64,000 nucleotides of DNA from Sphagnum compactum (Eukaryota). Location: the NCBI GenBank assembly GCA_965153455.1, contig OZ234494.1, positions 9,300,001 through 9,364,000 of the forward strand. Reading direction: 5' to 3'. The position numbers and the translations under genes were made by a program. Numbering within the stretch: position 1 is the stretch's first letter; the number at the start of each line of letters is the position of its first letter. The notes beneath the pieces are model-generated. The model had not been told where the DNA came from, searched no databases, and saw only the letters and a program-made list of their open reading frames with translations. This document shows positions 51,594-64,000 of this stretch, piece after piece.

Positions 51594-54500
51594 TCATGGA
51601 GAAGCTCGGGAACAGAGTCCAGACTTTGCAGCAACAATTCTCTGCAACCTGGACACCTGCACACAAGAAACATCAACTTCATCATTCAATACTATTTGTC
51701 ACACGAGTGTACAGGACTATAAAGACAAGAACTTTTGCACAGAGTGGCTGGCCACAATGAGCTGCATGAGAAGACAATGTTGTTTCAAGCACGAAAAGGT
51801 GCAGATGCAGGAAAATGCAAACTAGAGTTTCATAAGCACAAGGGAGGAAACAGCTCAGAAATCACCTCTTGCTGCAAACCAAGGACTTTAGCCTCACTCT
51901 CCTGCTTCTGTTCAACTGCCTGTGTAACTGCTGCCTCTATGCATCTATTTTCCGCCTCAACCTGAGAATCCACTCTTGCATTAGAAACAACTCAATCAGA
52001 CACAGTACATAAGTCAGGCCTACTTCATTCCTACTTCAGTTAAGTTTGTTGTCTGAGTCAACAACCAGCAAAGTAAACTGTTACTCAAGAAATTCAATCT
52101 TAATGAACATTGAACATCTTGATGATAGAGCCACCATTGTAAGAGACCAGCTTGAATTGAGAGCCAAGAGCCCTAAAATCTGGGAGAAGAGGCTTGACTG
52201 ACGAACATATCATTTTCTATCTCTATTTCTTCACACCACAGAGAGCAGCTACAGCTACATCAATCCTATATGTCCCTGAAGCATTTTGATTTCCGCAGAT
52301 ATGTCTCAGATTACACCCTACTGTACAGCATAGGCCAGACAAAGGAGGAATCCATTCCCATGCTGCTGCAGAAAAAAGTAGCAGATTTGAAGAATCATCA
52401 AGATAAATTTGCTGTTCAGACCTGAGCCAATGCAGAGACACGCTGTCGCTCAACCTCAAGCTGCTGTCGAAGAAAAGCTTGCTCCTGGTTAGAAGAATGG
52501 AAGTCAGTTACCTTCACTGTAGAAAAGCCCTTATCCACTAAATAGTTGACATTGGACTGTACCAAAGGCACAGCAAGTAGAGAGCAGAGACACTCTAATA
52601 TAGCATACACATTACCCTACTGAATCTCACAGTTTGGAAAGCCATGTAACCCATTAGGATTAAACTCTTATTAAAGGGAAAGAATGGCATGCAACGGCTG
52701 AAACATGGAAGGACATGCATAGAGTCTTCACCTTGCCTAAGACACAGAACACTTCCATACCTTGCGCACGTGGTCCAACCAAGTAGCATCAACAAGCCAT
52801 TTTTGCTGTCGTCGCCCAGGTGAGGTCACAGGAAGACCAGTACGGTCTGAATCTCGCTGCATCCAAGTCTCATCCCGTTGAGCTAGCCAGTTGCCAGAAC
52901 CAGACCCCAGACTGTTGCGTAACCCAAAGCTGTCACAAACCCACCATGATGATTCAAGGCCAAGAGCCACCCACTCAGAAAGCCCTTTACTCATCAGCTC
53001 ATCAACCCACAACTTCTAATGACTTTCACAGCCACCCCAGGTTTTCTAATAGAGGAAATTGAAGGCGCAAAAGTTGAGAATTGTGAGAACAAAGCTGTTC
53101 CTGCAGAACCTGAACTCTCAAAGCATGCCAAATACATTGTGGCAGTGCAGCAAGACAAGACAAACTCTTTGTAATGCATGCCAAAGTGTTTCCCATGAAG
53201 GAATTTTGCACAGCATCATGAGTGTAGCATGAAGTCAATGTGCTGCGGACAGAAATCCTGACCTGCCAGGGTGCTCAAGCTCCCAACATTGATCTTGCAC
53301 TCCAGGAACAGAAAAACGGCCACTTCGGTCTCCTGCATCAAATGAAGCTCTTGTACCAATGCAATGGCCATCATACTTGTTATCAAGTGACAAGAAAGAA
53401 CCAAAATTTCTTCCATCCTGTTTGTTGGGCAGCTGAAACACAGCTGCATCAAGGCTGACAGCTCTTTTCAGATCCTGAACAGCAAGCGCAACTTCTGTAT
53501 CTTTACGCTTAGTTTCTGATTCTTCTAACTTTGCTTTTAAGTCCACAATGTAATGATCAAGCTCCTGAAGATGTGATGAATGTACCTTCACCATTCCTTC
53601 TTTCTTCTGCAAATCTACCAACTTATCCTTGTTCTCAACCTCACTGTGCATAAGCAGCCATTGCAGTTCCCGAACTGCCCCTTGCAAAACACTCACTTCC
53701 TCCCTTTCTGCCTCCAGTTGTTTGAGTACATTTTCTTTGTCCAGAAGGAGTTCCTGTTCCTTGCGCTGCCACTCCTGCTGCCAGTGCTCTTCTTGCATGT
53801 TCAGCTCTTGAGGTAGTGTGGCTCTCCTTCCTAAAACTGCTTCTTGTTCTGTTCTGGTCATCATCAGTTGACTCTTCTTGGAACCCACTTCTTTGTGTAG
53901 TTCCTCAATGACACATGTTGTATCCAAGAACTGCCTGTCAACACCAGCAAACTGTCTCACTGCTGGCTGAGGGAGACTGTCTCTCTGGTCATTCAAATTT
54001 TCTTGATTTGTATTTGGCCCCAGCTTTCGCCTCTGTCCATCAAGTTCCTCCAGTAGAATTCCAATCTCCTCCTGAAGCTTCCAAATATCAGCATTTGCAA
54101 GTTCACCTGCTTTTCGCTGCTGGTCAAGCTCATCAGTCAGAGCATCATTCTCCTGTCTGAAAGAGGCAAGCAGCTTTGCCACATTAAGATCCTCAGTCTT
54201 GATATATTCTTCCAATGTTTGCAACTTCTCCCTCAGTGCTGCAATGTCTTCATCTTTCTGCCTGACTGAAGCCCGCTGGTCACTCAATTCCTGTGTAATG
54301 GCATCCATCTCATTCTGCCATCTTTCCTCCTTCTCTCGCATATCATTCACCAGCCGTCGCTTTGCAACAAAATGCATCTCCATCACCTCCTCTCTTTCCT
54401 TGCGCTCCCTCTCCACCTCCCTGTCTATGTTCAAAACCTCATCCTGGAACTTTTGCATTAGAACCTCCATTTCATGTTCTCTTGCACTGAGCTGCCCCTT

Positions 54501-56678
54501 CAGCTGCTCCACATCTGCAACTTTCAGTTCAAGTGCCACCTCCAAATTCTTTCTGTCAGACTCCATCTCTTTCTCTTTAACTGAAAATTCAGACTGAAGG
54601 GCTTTTATCAGATTAAAATCGTCCTGTGCTTTCATCTCCAGTTCATTTCTCACAACTTTCAACTTCTCTGTTTCCATCTTTGTAGATTCTTCCTCCATAT
54701 CGGTCTCATTCACAAACTTCACAATACTTAGGCAGCTGTCACCCTCACTTTCTTCTGGACTCCTTCCACACAGAAAACTGGTCTGCGTTGAGTGCTCTGA
54801 TAAAGCTCTCCTGTTTTCATACACCTGCTGCTCCAACTCATTGAGACGCTCTTTGGTAGCTGTGGCAGCATGATTCAGCTCCTGGTAGGAGATTTTGAGT
54901 TTGAGCAAGTCATGGTCTTTGGCATCCAATAGGGATGTCCACTTTGCTACCTGCTCCTCAAGCCAGTCCTCACGCTGCAATACCATAGCTTCCCATCCAG
55001 CTTTCTCATCAGCCCATTCCCTGTGGTACATCTCCATTTCCTGGTTCCTCAGTCGCTCTTGCATTATTTCTGCTTCTCTGGTCTTATACCTTGCTTCCCA
55101 CTGATCTAAGCTAGCCTCCAAATGACTGCATCTTGAAACTAGATCTTTCTCCCTCTCTGACCACATTGCCTCAATCTCTCTTTCTCTATCCCATGCCCTC
55201 TTCAACTGCAACTTCAGTTTTGCTTCCAGCTTGTCTCTCTCTGTTTCCACAAGGTCCCCCTGAGATTTCAACTGACCACTCTCTTCTGACTGAGATAATT
55301 GAGACCTCTTCTCATTTGATCTCTTTGAATTGGCCCTCTGTAACTCTTTCTCAAGTTCCTGAAAGAGAGTTCTAAGTTTTCCTTGGAGATCGTCTGCAGG
55401 TTCTTTCATCAAATTCTCCCTCATCTTGACAAGAAACTTAACCAGCCTTTTCAGCTTTTCCTCACTCTCACTGCGCATCTTTTTCTCCTCTCTACACGTC
55501 TCCAGCAGACCATCCACTTCAAGTTGTGCTTTTTTGCACCGTTCTTGTTCAATAACCAAACCTGATTCAGCCTCTGCTACCGTAGCTGACATCCTGCTCA
55601 ACTCCTTATCCAAAGTAAGGATTTGACTTTCCAAGTGGGACTGTCTCTCATGCCACATGCGTTGCTGCTTTTGCAACATGTTCTCTACATCCTCTTTTGA
55701 ACGTAGAGAGGACTCCACTTCCTGATGATCTCTCTCTGCTCGGTGGTCAGCTTCCTTGAGCATATCCTCAAAAGCCAGAAATATTGCTTCACTTGGACTG
55801 ACTGCAGCCTGCCTGCATTTAACTGCATCCACTAGTAAGTCTCCAGACTTTCTCAACTTCTCTCCCCTCATTGATGATAACTCCTCTCTCTCTTCAGCTT
55901 GAAGTTTGGCGAGCATGCCTTGAATGATGCCATCCATTTCATCCTGCTTTTTCTGGAGCGCATATTCCTTTTCAGCATGAGCAAGTTTGAGTTCCTCCTC
56001 CAATCGCCACACCCTCCCCTGCAACATCTGAACTTCATCCTCAAGTTGCAATTTGTGGCGCTCTGCCTCAAAGTCCCGCTCCCGTTGCTCCATCTCCCGA
56101 GATTCCTCATTAGCTCGCATACTCAGCCACATTTCTTCCATCACACCTTCATACTCAACCTCCTCCTCAACTTTTTCAACTACATGTTCTACCCTCTCTC
56201 GTCCAAGTCTTGCCTCCAGTTCTCTCTCCTTTGCAGCAAGCTTCCTGAGCTGGTCAATGAGAAATGCAGAGACTTTGAACTCTTTCTTTGTCTCATCCAT
56301 TGCTGGGGTGAAACTCTTGCCTTGTCCATAGAAATCTGCTAACTGAACTCTTGGCTTTTCAGACCCTTCATAAACTGAAGGGTCTGAATATTCAAATCCT
56401 TCTAGAGGCTGCTTTGCTTCATTCTCTGCAATGACACTATTTGCTCCCTGCTCATCCTCATATCCCTCCTCAGAATAGCCCAGATGCTCCTCCAATTCTC
56501 CAGCTTTGGAGGTATCCCCTGCATTCTGATCTCCACTGCTACCACCTTTCACACTTCCCTCTCGATGATTACCCAGCATGGTTTTCAAACCCAATTCCCT
56601 GCAGTGGTCATAACCTTGGGCTGACACACCTGAAGCTTCCTTGACACCCACAGTGAATGCCTGCTGCTCCATGTGCAT
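51594..56678 (-). CDS. Large coiled-coil protein of unknown function, ~1220 aa, 6 proposed coding exons
   Basis: A 3.4-kb stop-free ORF (53235-56684; first ATG at 56678) rich in E/K/Q/L/R with heptad character. Proposed exons 56678-53460, 53109-53036, 52911-52761, 52484-52422, 51961-51866, 51656-51594 (TGA) keep phase. The donor of the big exon (GCT|GTCAGC) is weak and uncertain. Confidence 0.8.
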
Positions 56679-58169
56679 TATCAAGCTTTGGTCATCATCA
56701 GCAGTACTTCATCTGCATCTCTGCCCAAAAGAGCACCATTTTGTGTCCATGATTCACTGAGTCACCTAGTTGATTCCTAAGAATGGGGAAAGGAATGATA
56801 CCCACTATTAATAGGCAAGAGCATAGAAGAAACATGATCCAACACAGTCTTTACTGCTTTTCTTCCATATTGTACACCAGGCTCATACTCGTAAGCTAGT
56901 AGATCATGAAGGAGGAGACCGAAAGCTGGATTGAAAAGACCCGGATGAAGCTCCAATCTCCGCAAGGAAACAAAGTGGATCACATATTTCCCTCTACAGC
57001 AGCAGCTCCCGATCGCAGATGTACAAGGAACATATTCTTAGGACGCAAAAAATGCGTGGAGTTTTGTCAGAAGACCCGGACGAAAAACAGTACCTACTGC
57101 ACAGAACCAAGCCACAAGGTTTGATGACGAAGCGAGCAAGACGCAATCCAATAGCCAAAAAGGTAGGAAAAAACTGGAGGAAAAAAAATGAGAAAATCTA
57201 TACAGGCATGCGCATAATTCTTTCCCGATGCGTGTTGTGATGATGATGATGATGCTGATGATGATACCAGAAAGAACAAGACTGGAGAAAAACCTTAAAG
57301 CAAAACAGGCAAACAATGAATGCGCTACAAAACACAACGAAACTGAAGCCTAAAGACTAATCTAAACCCTTGCTGCAACAACCTCAGCAAGTCGCTGCTT
57401 GTACGATTACCAGAAGCAAGGCCAGCCAAGAGCCGCAAAAGCAACAGAGACAAGGCATTAACTAAGAACGCAAGAAAGAAAAGCTTGAGCTAGCAAACAG
57501 AAGAACAGAAAAAACCCCGGAACAAGAAAACAAACGGAATCCAAAAGCTCCTAACCTCTTATGACAGCAGCAAGCAAACAACAGTAGATAAAACCACAAA
57601 GTTCCCGGAAAGCAAGAACGTGAACAAGAAATCAAACAAAGCAGCCGGAGATGATGATGCAGCTCTGTTTGTTTGTTTCCACGCTACTGCTGCTGCTGTC
57701 GGAGTCCAACAAAATCTATAAAAAAATCAACAAAATTTGGAGAAAAAATATGATTCACCTCATAAATCGCTGCTGATGAAGACGACGATGATGAAGAGAT
57801 GCAGAGCAGAAGACGAAGCACAAGCAGACGTTACCGAAAGCCACCAGCAACAACAACAGCAGACACAGCAGCAGAAGAGTTGATGAAGAGCGAGCGAGCG
57901 AGCTAGCGAGGTTCCTCCTGTTGTTGCGCGCTGCGGACAAGAGGCAACGGCAGCAGCTGCGCAGCACGCTGCGCGCCTACAGGACTCTGGAGACTCGACC
58001 GCGCGGTATCCGCAATAGGCAATCGCACGGCTCACCTGGGGTGATTGGTAGGCAGGTCGGTAGGTAGCTACCTACTCGCAACAGTGCCCAGAAAGTAAGA
58101 GTAAGGTACCTACCTTTTCATCTGGGGATTTGAATTTCTTTTAAATTTCGTGGTCGGTCAAAGTGGGCA

Positions 58170-58198
58170 CCTACCTACCTACCTACCTACTTACCTAC
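58170..58198. repeat. (ACCT)n microsatellite
   Basis: About seven near-perfect CTAC units. Confidence 0.85.
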
Positions 58199-58289
58199 CC
58201 CTCTGACCAAATTGTTTGTTTTTTTAAATGAACGGATAATGAAGATAATTTGGTGTGTAGTAGTGTGTAGCAGTTATCGTACGTTTTTT

Positions 58290-58490
58290 TCTTTTTCAAA
58301 TTCTTGAGTTAGGTAGGTTGGCGACCATCCAAAAGACGGTTTCGCCAAATTTGGCTACAGGTTAAAGAGGAAAGTAATTTTTTTTGGAAATACGGCTACA
58401 TGTTGGGGCCCACATCCTAGCAACTATTGGTCTTAAATATGGCAACAAGGGGCCCATTTTATTTTATTTTATTTTCGTTGCCAAGACACT
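58290..58490. repeat. Second copy of the GCCAAATTTGGC short dispersed repeat
   Basis: TGGCGACCATCC...TTCGCCAAATTTGGCTACAGG...AAAGTAA...GGCTAC...AAATATGGCAAC shows the same motif order as 37340-37615. Confidence 0.5.
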
Positions 58491-58932
58491 AAATATTAGA
58501 ATTCCTTTGCATAACTAATTGAGAAGAATTTTGTTGGGTACTTAGTAATTAAACCAAAATAATATAGACATTCCAAGGCATATTTGAGAGGGGTTTTTTT
58601 TTTTCTTGAAATTTTAGTTTTTTTTAGTTTTTAATTTTGGTAATTTTGGTTATCATTTAACACTAAGAATAGGAATAGTAGTGTTCCCTAAATTCCAGGG
58701 GACATAGAGAGACAAGGATCATAAGAGCACTACTTCTAAATTTTGCTTAAAGAGGCAATTTTTTCAGGTCCAAGGGGAAAGAAAAGCTTGTAACTTATGT
58801 GCACAATTCAAGCTTATGGATTTTCTTTGATCACTTATTTAGGGAATATTAGTGACATGGGCTTTTTATGAGGTGAAATCACATATATATTTTCCCCAAA
58901 TTCTAACACCATTCAAGGTCTCTCTTACACCC

Positions 58933-59055
58933 CCCTAGTGTTTAAAAAAAACGGTCGGTCGAGAGCATTACCCCTCCCTAGTGTTAAAAAGAACGGTCGG
59001 TCGAGAGCATTACCCCTCCCTAGTCTTAAAAAGAACGGTCGGTCGAGAGCATTAC
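58933..59055. repeat. Tandem repeat, ~3 x 42 bp
   Basis: Unit CCCTAGTGTTAAAAAGAACGGTCGGTCGAGAGCATTACCCCT, nearly identical copies, head-to-tail. Confidence 0.92.
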
Positions 59056-61109
59056 GAGGGGGGGAAAAAGGGGAAAAATATACAAATTCCTGGCCCAATC
59101 CTTTCGTTGTCTCTTTGGTTTCCTTGTTGCCAAAGCAAACGGACTTTAATAATTGGACTCGTTCGATGTTGGGCGGTTCTTAACTTTTAATTAAAAAAAA
59201 CATCCGGTTAGTTTTAGACCTGTGTCAATTCCGGGTTTGGTTTCATGCGTAAATGGAGTCACAAATCTAATTCTGGGTCCAGTTCATAAAAATTATAATC
59301 ATATAATTTATTTTTTAAATTCCAATTTTGAAAATCAGACCTAGTTTTTATCCAATTCTTATTAACCCAGATTGCAACCAACAGTTAACTTTAACCGTTG
59401 ATTAACCTCCTGCTCTAATCACTTCTTTTCTTTTCTTCTAAGCAATGTATTTTGATTAGGGTTTTGGGTGTTTAGGGTTTTGATTCCAATTTTGTGTAAA
59501 TTGATTTTCATTCGAATGAAAATATTGAATGGGATTGCATGCAACTTGAATTAAATTGAATTCAAATTTGATTTTAAAAAATAGGATACAAATCAATGCA
59601 GAATGTATTGAATTTTTTTCATGATTATGATGTTGAGTTTTTTTTTTGAAAAGAAAATTTTGAAAGACACCTTTTCATTCTTTTTTATTTGGGAATTCAC
59701 TAAACAAATTCTAGTTTGGAACTATCATCCAAAAGCAGGACTTTATAAAACCTAAAGTTGCCAAGTTGTATCAATTCAAGAGTGGGGGGCACTTAATAAT
59801 TAGGTTGGCCTTGGATAGCGACTTTGTTATTGTATTTTATTAAGAGGCCTAGTGTGATCACCTTGGTTAAAAAATTTCCACCCAACCAACAACAATGTCC
59901 ACACAAATTTTAAAACATTAATTTTTTTTGTAAAGTTAAGCAAGCATGACATTGAAAGCTTGTGTTTGCTTAATTCACAAGATGGGAACAACAATATGAC
60001 ATGAAAAAAAGGGTTGAACAAGGCCCCAAACACAAAATACTTGGCAAATTTATTTGCTTATGTTTGATTATTTCTTCCTTGACCATTCATGTTATCCCTT
60101 TCTTTCTTCTTTGATTGTTCATGCTCTCCATCATTCCATTTTTTTCTTCCTTATGCATTCATGCTCCCTACACACTATAAAGTTGTTTTACACAATGAAG
60201 AGTTGTACAACACATTGAGGCGCACCTAGGAACTATGCAATGCACTAAAGAATTCTTTCATGCATTGAAGCGCATTGAAAAGTTGTACAATGAATTGAGG
60301 AGTTGTTTCATACATTGAGTGCAGTTAAAAGTTATCTCCCATGTTGTTTAGAGAAGGCATGTGACATTTAGAGAAAGCGACATTGTAGCAAGAAAATGTT
60401 GGAAAGGAACACAAGCTTGAAGAATTCAAACCCCAAGTGCACTAAAAAGGAGTTCACACAAAAGCCATTTATTCCAAGTTCTACACCAATGCCCTACTTT
60501 GACAAGGTTTTTTTAAGGTCGAGTTTAGCTCTAGTGTAGGAGACCATGGTTCTAATAGCTCAAAACACAGAAGATCATTTAGAGTTTTTTTATTGTCTTA
60601 TTGAAGACTTTACATTTTGACAAGTTTTTTCCTTTCGTTATTGTCATTTTTCATATGTTACACAAGATTTGTGATTTTTTCCAAACCCTATCTACTGGAT
60701 GGTTTAAAATATCCTTGAAGCAATGTGAACATGAACCCCGATACCAAAAATACAAAACCTTGTTTACATAAACAAAAAACCTTATTTTGCCAATTCTAGA
60801 ATTTGTATTGCCTTGTACCCCAAGATGTTTCGATAACCACATACAACTTTTTGAGTACCCTTGCCATCTATTCCCTCTTCTAATGGACAAATTCATGGTT
60901 CAACATTTTCACAAAATTGCCTATGGACCCATCAATGTTTTTGTAAGTAAATTGTAGTCGGCATAAGGTTGTGGGCTAGTCCATAGAATGGCAAGCCCTA
61001 AACAATTATAATTAATATTTTGATGTAAAAACATTATTTTTGTTCAATCCAACATTTTAAAAAATAATTCCATCTCCTTTTTCAATGCACAAAGGTTACA
61101 CATTAAAAT

Positions 61110-61640
61110 TCAAACCCTAAACCCCTACACCCTAAAACCCTAAACTCTAATTTAAACCTTAAACCTTAATTACAAACCTTAAAATTGAACTTTTAACCCT
61201 AAAACCTTAAAACTTAATTTCAAACATCAACATTTAATTCAAACCCTAAAACTTAAACCTTTAAAAATCTAAACACAAACCTTAAAAACTTAACTATAAA
61301 ATTTCAAATCCTAAATCCTTAAAAGATCAAACATAAACCTCAAAACTAACCCCTAAAATTTCAAATCCTACGCCCAAAAAGTTAAACCTTAAAATGTCAA
61401 ATTTTAAACCCTAAAAAAAACCAAACAAAAACCTTAAAATTGAAACTTTAAAACCAAAAAATCAAAACCCTAAACCCATAGCTTATAACCCCCATTAGCC
61501 CGTAGGTCATATAACAATGTAACCTACAATAACCTATATAAGCAAATAGCCTAATATCGGCCAATAACCTATATAACCATAATCCCTTAACCCCTAGTAT
61601 ATAACCCCATAATCCTCTTAGGTCTCCCTCAACCCCAATA
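61110..61640. repeat. Degenerate telomere-like (CCCTAAA-variant) array
   Basis: Many AAACCCTAA, AAACCTTAA and AAATCCTA units, grading into TATAACC(C/T) units. Confidence 0.65.
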
Positions 61641-63361
61641 TATCACCAATATAGCAACTATATCATAGATTATAGGTGAGCAACCCATAGGCTGAAAAAA
61701 AAAAAAAAAAAGCCGTTAAAAGGGAGTTGATCTTGGGTTTTCAAAGTTTGGTTCATTATTGCAAGACTTTGTGAACAACATGTAGGAGGACATAAGGCAT
61801 GGCCTCATGTGCACCATCCACTGGATGCCAGTTATTAGTTGTGTATGAACCTTATCTGAGTTGATATTTGGTTTCACCTTGGTAACCAATTTTGTAGGAA
61901 ATAGGTCTCATATATAGGTAGGTAGGTAGAAAAATAGGTAACTACAAGGTAAGTAGATGGTTTATACATAGGTAAGGGCTGTTTTCCCCACCTACCTACT
62001 AACAACCTGCTTGTGGGTTGTTAAGTAAATAGGTAGTTAAAAAAAGGCACTTCAGCTAACCACGATGGTTAACTAGCAAATTGAAACCCAACAGAAAACT
62101 GTTTCCTGACCACTTATCATCCATTTGCTTCTTCATGGTGCACTGGAGGGTGCTGGCTCACTGTGGCTGCCATGAGGCACCAGATGAGAGTCCAAAGTCA
62201 GGCCCAACAGAGGGAGGGACTTTAAGAAAAAATGTAATAAAAAAGGGAGGGAGAAAAAAACTTTCAAGGCCCCGAACCTTTGTCATGTTAAATCAATTGA
62301 TCCAAGTGTTTTAAGTTCATATATGTAATATTTTCTTTTAAGATTATTTTACTGTATTTCCCTTTTTTGTTTCATGTTTAAGTGTTTACAAAAAGTTTTT
62401 AATTGTTAAAGTGTTTTTATTTTTTTTCTAGTTTTTTCCCTTTTAAAAAAAAAATTTGTTCTGTTTGGATGGATGACGAGACAAACAACGAGACGGATGG
62501 ACGACGGGACGGATTCAGGGGAAGCTTCATTTTTCATCCCGACGTCCTTTACTATATGTAATATTTTAATGATTGAAGGATCGACCAAACCAATTTCGTA
62601 ATACATCCCGCCAAAATAACCTACAACCCGATAACCAAGCTCTGACATTTTCTTTGTCAATACACACCATCACCTGGGGAAGAAAAAAATAATTAGTCAA
62701 TGGAACTTGAGTTTAGGGGTGTTTTGAGTCTGCATCTGACAAAGCTGATCTTTTACTTAAGCCAAGAAATAGCTGCAACAAATAGGTGGTCAAAATGGCC
62801 GTTTTTGAGTAGGGTAGCCACCTCTGAGCAGGGCATTACCCCCATGTAAAGCTCTGGCAGGAAAACAAAAGGTTCAGGGCATTTTGAAAAACGAACGAAC
62901 GAAATGCCCACCTCTCTAGCAAAGGAAAAAATTTCGCTTGATAGTGAGCCTGGCAGATACACTAAATTTTTTCTGCCAGTGCTTTTATTTATGTCATATT
63001 GACGCGGATTGTTCCACCCAGGAACAAGAAGAGTTCATGAACTCGTAATGGGTTCTACCAAGGCCCATTGTAGAGTGTAAACCAGTGTTCCTCGCATCAT
63101 AAGTACATTGTTGCCCTACTCACATCAAAAGTGAAACTCACGGAAGCTGAAAGTGAAAACCTAAGGAAAACCCTAAGGAAGTGAGTGAATAAAACACCAA
63201 ACCCAATCATGGAGCTTTAATTCGACCACTTTTGGGACATTAGAGTTTTTTGTAAAGTCACCCTATCTTTGGCCATCCTTTCACCCCCAAACCCCTTTTT
63301 TCAATGCTATTCACAGAAATTTTATTCAATGTGGTTATGAAATTGCTGAAACCCAGCATTT

Positions 63362-63666
63362 AATGCACAAGCAGCTGTATACGTAGGAGCAGCTGAAGGC
63401 GCTCAGGAAAAAGGAAAGACAGAATGAAACTCAGGTTACCACAAAAATTGATTGTTTTTTGAAATGCACAAGTAGCTGTATACGTAGGAGCAACTTAAGG
63501 CGCTCAGGAAAAAGGAAAGACAGAATGAAACTCAGGTTACCACAAAAATTGATTGTTTTTTGAAATGCACAAGTAGCTGTATACGCAGGAGCAGCTGAAG
63601 GCGCTCAGGAAAAAGGAAAGACAGAATGAAACTCAGGTTACCACAAAAATTGATTGTTTTTTTTGA
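63362..63666. repeat. Tandem repeat, 3 x 101 bp
   Basis: Unit AATGCACAAG(C/T)AGCTGTATACG...GATTGTTTTTTGA starts at 63362, 63463 and 63564, with only a few substitutions. Confidence 0.95.
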
Positions 63667-64000
63667 GTTTCACGCCAGTTGAATGCTAATGTACTTTTTT
63701 TCTGAATCTCATCCTGTTTATGACCAAACTCAGGGTTTTGGTGCTGTGTTTTCCTTACTTTATGGATAACTCTATCATTTTAAACCACTTTTCTTTCCTT
63801 TCCGTTCTATTAAATTATGGTTTCCACCTAGTTCCTTAATAATAAAAATGGGGAAAAGTGAAGAAGAAAACCCACCACCATGGCACTGAACTAGTTCTGT
63901 GATTCATACTATGATACAATCCCCTGAAAATCATTTGTCACACATCCGGGACATTCTGATTTGCTTTGAGACACAACTTTCTACGAGTTTGCAGTGCTCT

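Noticed and set aside
51277..51666. 129-aa minus-strand ORF as last exon of the coiled-coil gene
   Set aside because: The preceding exon ends in phase 0, which selects the frame VSRLQRIVAAK...SP* (stop at 51594), not this ORF.
53240..56644. Many plus-strand ORFs (60-147 aa)
   Set aside because: These are Ser/Leu/Phe-rich antisense shadows of the Glu/Lys-rich coiled-coil exon.
1..57000. Functional gene cluster (ligase, methyltransferase, demethylase, peroxin, kinase)
   Set aside because: The products act in different compartments and pathways and are separated by transposon DNA. Nothing beyond the JMJ22/PEX7 pair suggests an organised system.
58933..59055. Possible CRISPR array or repeat protein (KKNGRSRALPLPS ORF)
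   Set aside because: The units are head-to-tail with no unique spacers, there are no cas genes and the context is eukaryotic. The ORF is a by-product of a 42-bp unit length.
60600..61000. Possible decayed transposase or helicase on the minus strand
   Set aside because: It looks slightly coding-like, but I could not identify any diagnostic motif in any frame.
63362..63666. Possible 5S rRNA, tRNA or spliced-leader array
   Set aside because: No resemblance to 5S rRNA, no cloverleaf and no A/B boxes; treated as a plain tandem repeat.

Overview
This is a eukaryotic nuclear window with intron-rich genes separated by AT-rich, transposon-derived DNA. Gene content and repeat types point to a land plant, most likely a bryophyte (the repeats resemble ones I recall from Sphagnum; this is inference, not a database result). 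Six protein-coding genes could be spliced by hand: the 3' part of DNA ligase I (+), mitochondrial complex I assembly methyltransferase NDUFAF7 (+), an F-box/JmjC protein like JMJ22 (-) arranged head-to-head with the PTS2 receptor PEX7 (+), a CRCK-type receptor-like cytoplasmic kinase (+), and an unrecognised ~1220-aa coiled-coil protein (-). Intergenic DNA holds two PIF/Harbinger-type MITE copies with TIRs and TSDs, a nested transposon block at ~18-28 kb (truncated solo LTR, LINE RT relic, and a decayed mobile-element ORF split by a solo LTR and a TIR element), a decayed hAT transposase, degenerate telomere-like arrays and young tandem repeats. I see no CRISPR array, rRNA or tRNA, and no convincing new multi-gene system. 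The best leads are the orphan coiled-coil gene, the compact JMJ22/PEX7 bidirectional promoter, a possible spliced uORF before the kinase, and the reconstructable nested insertions.
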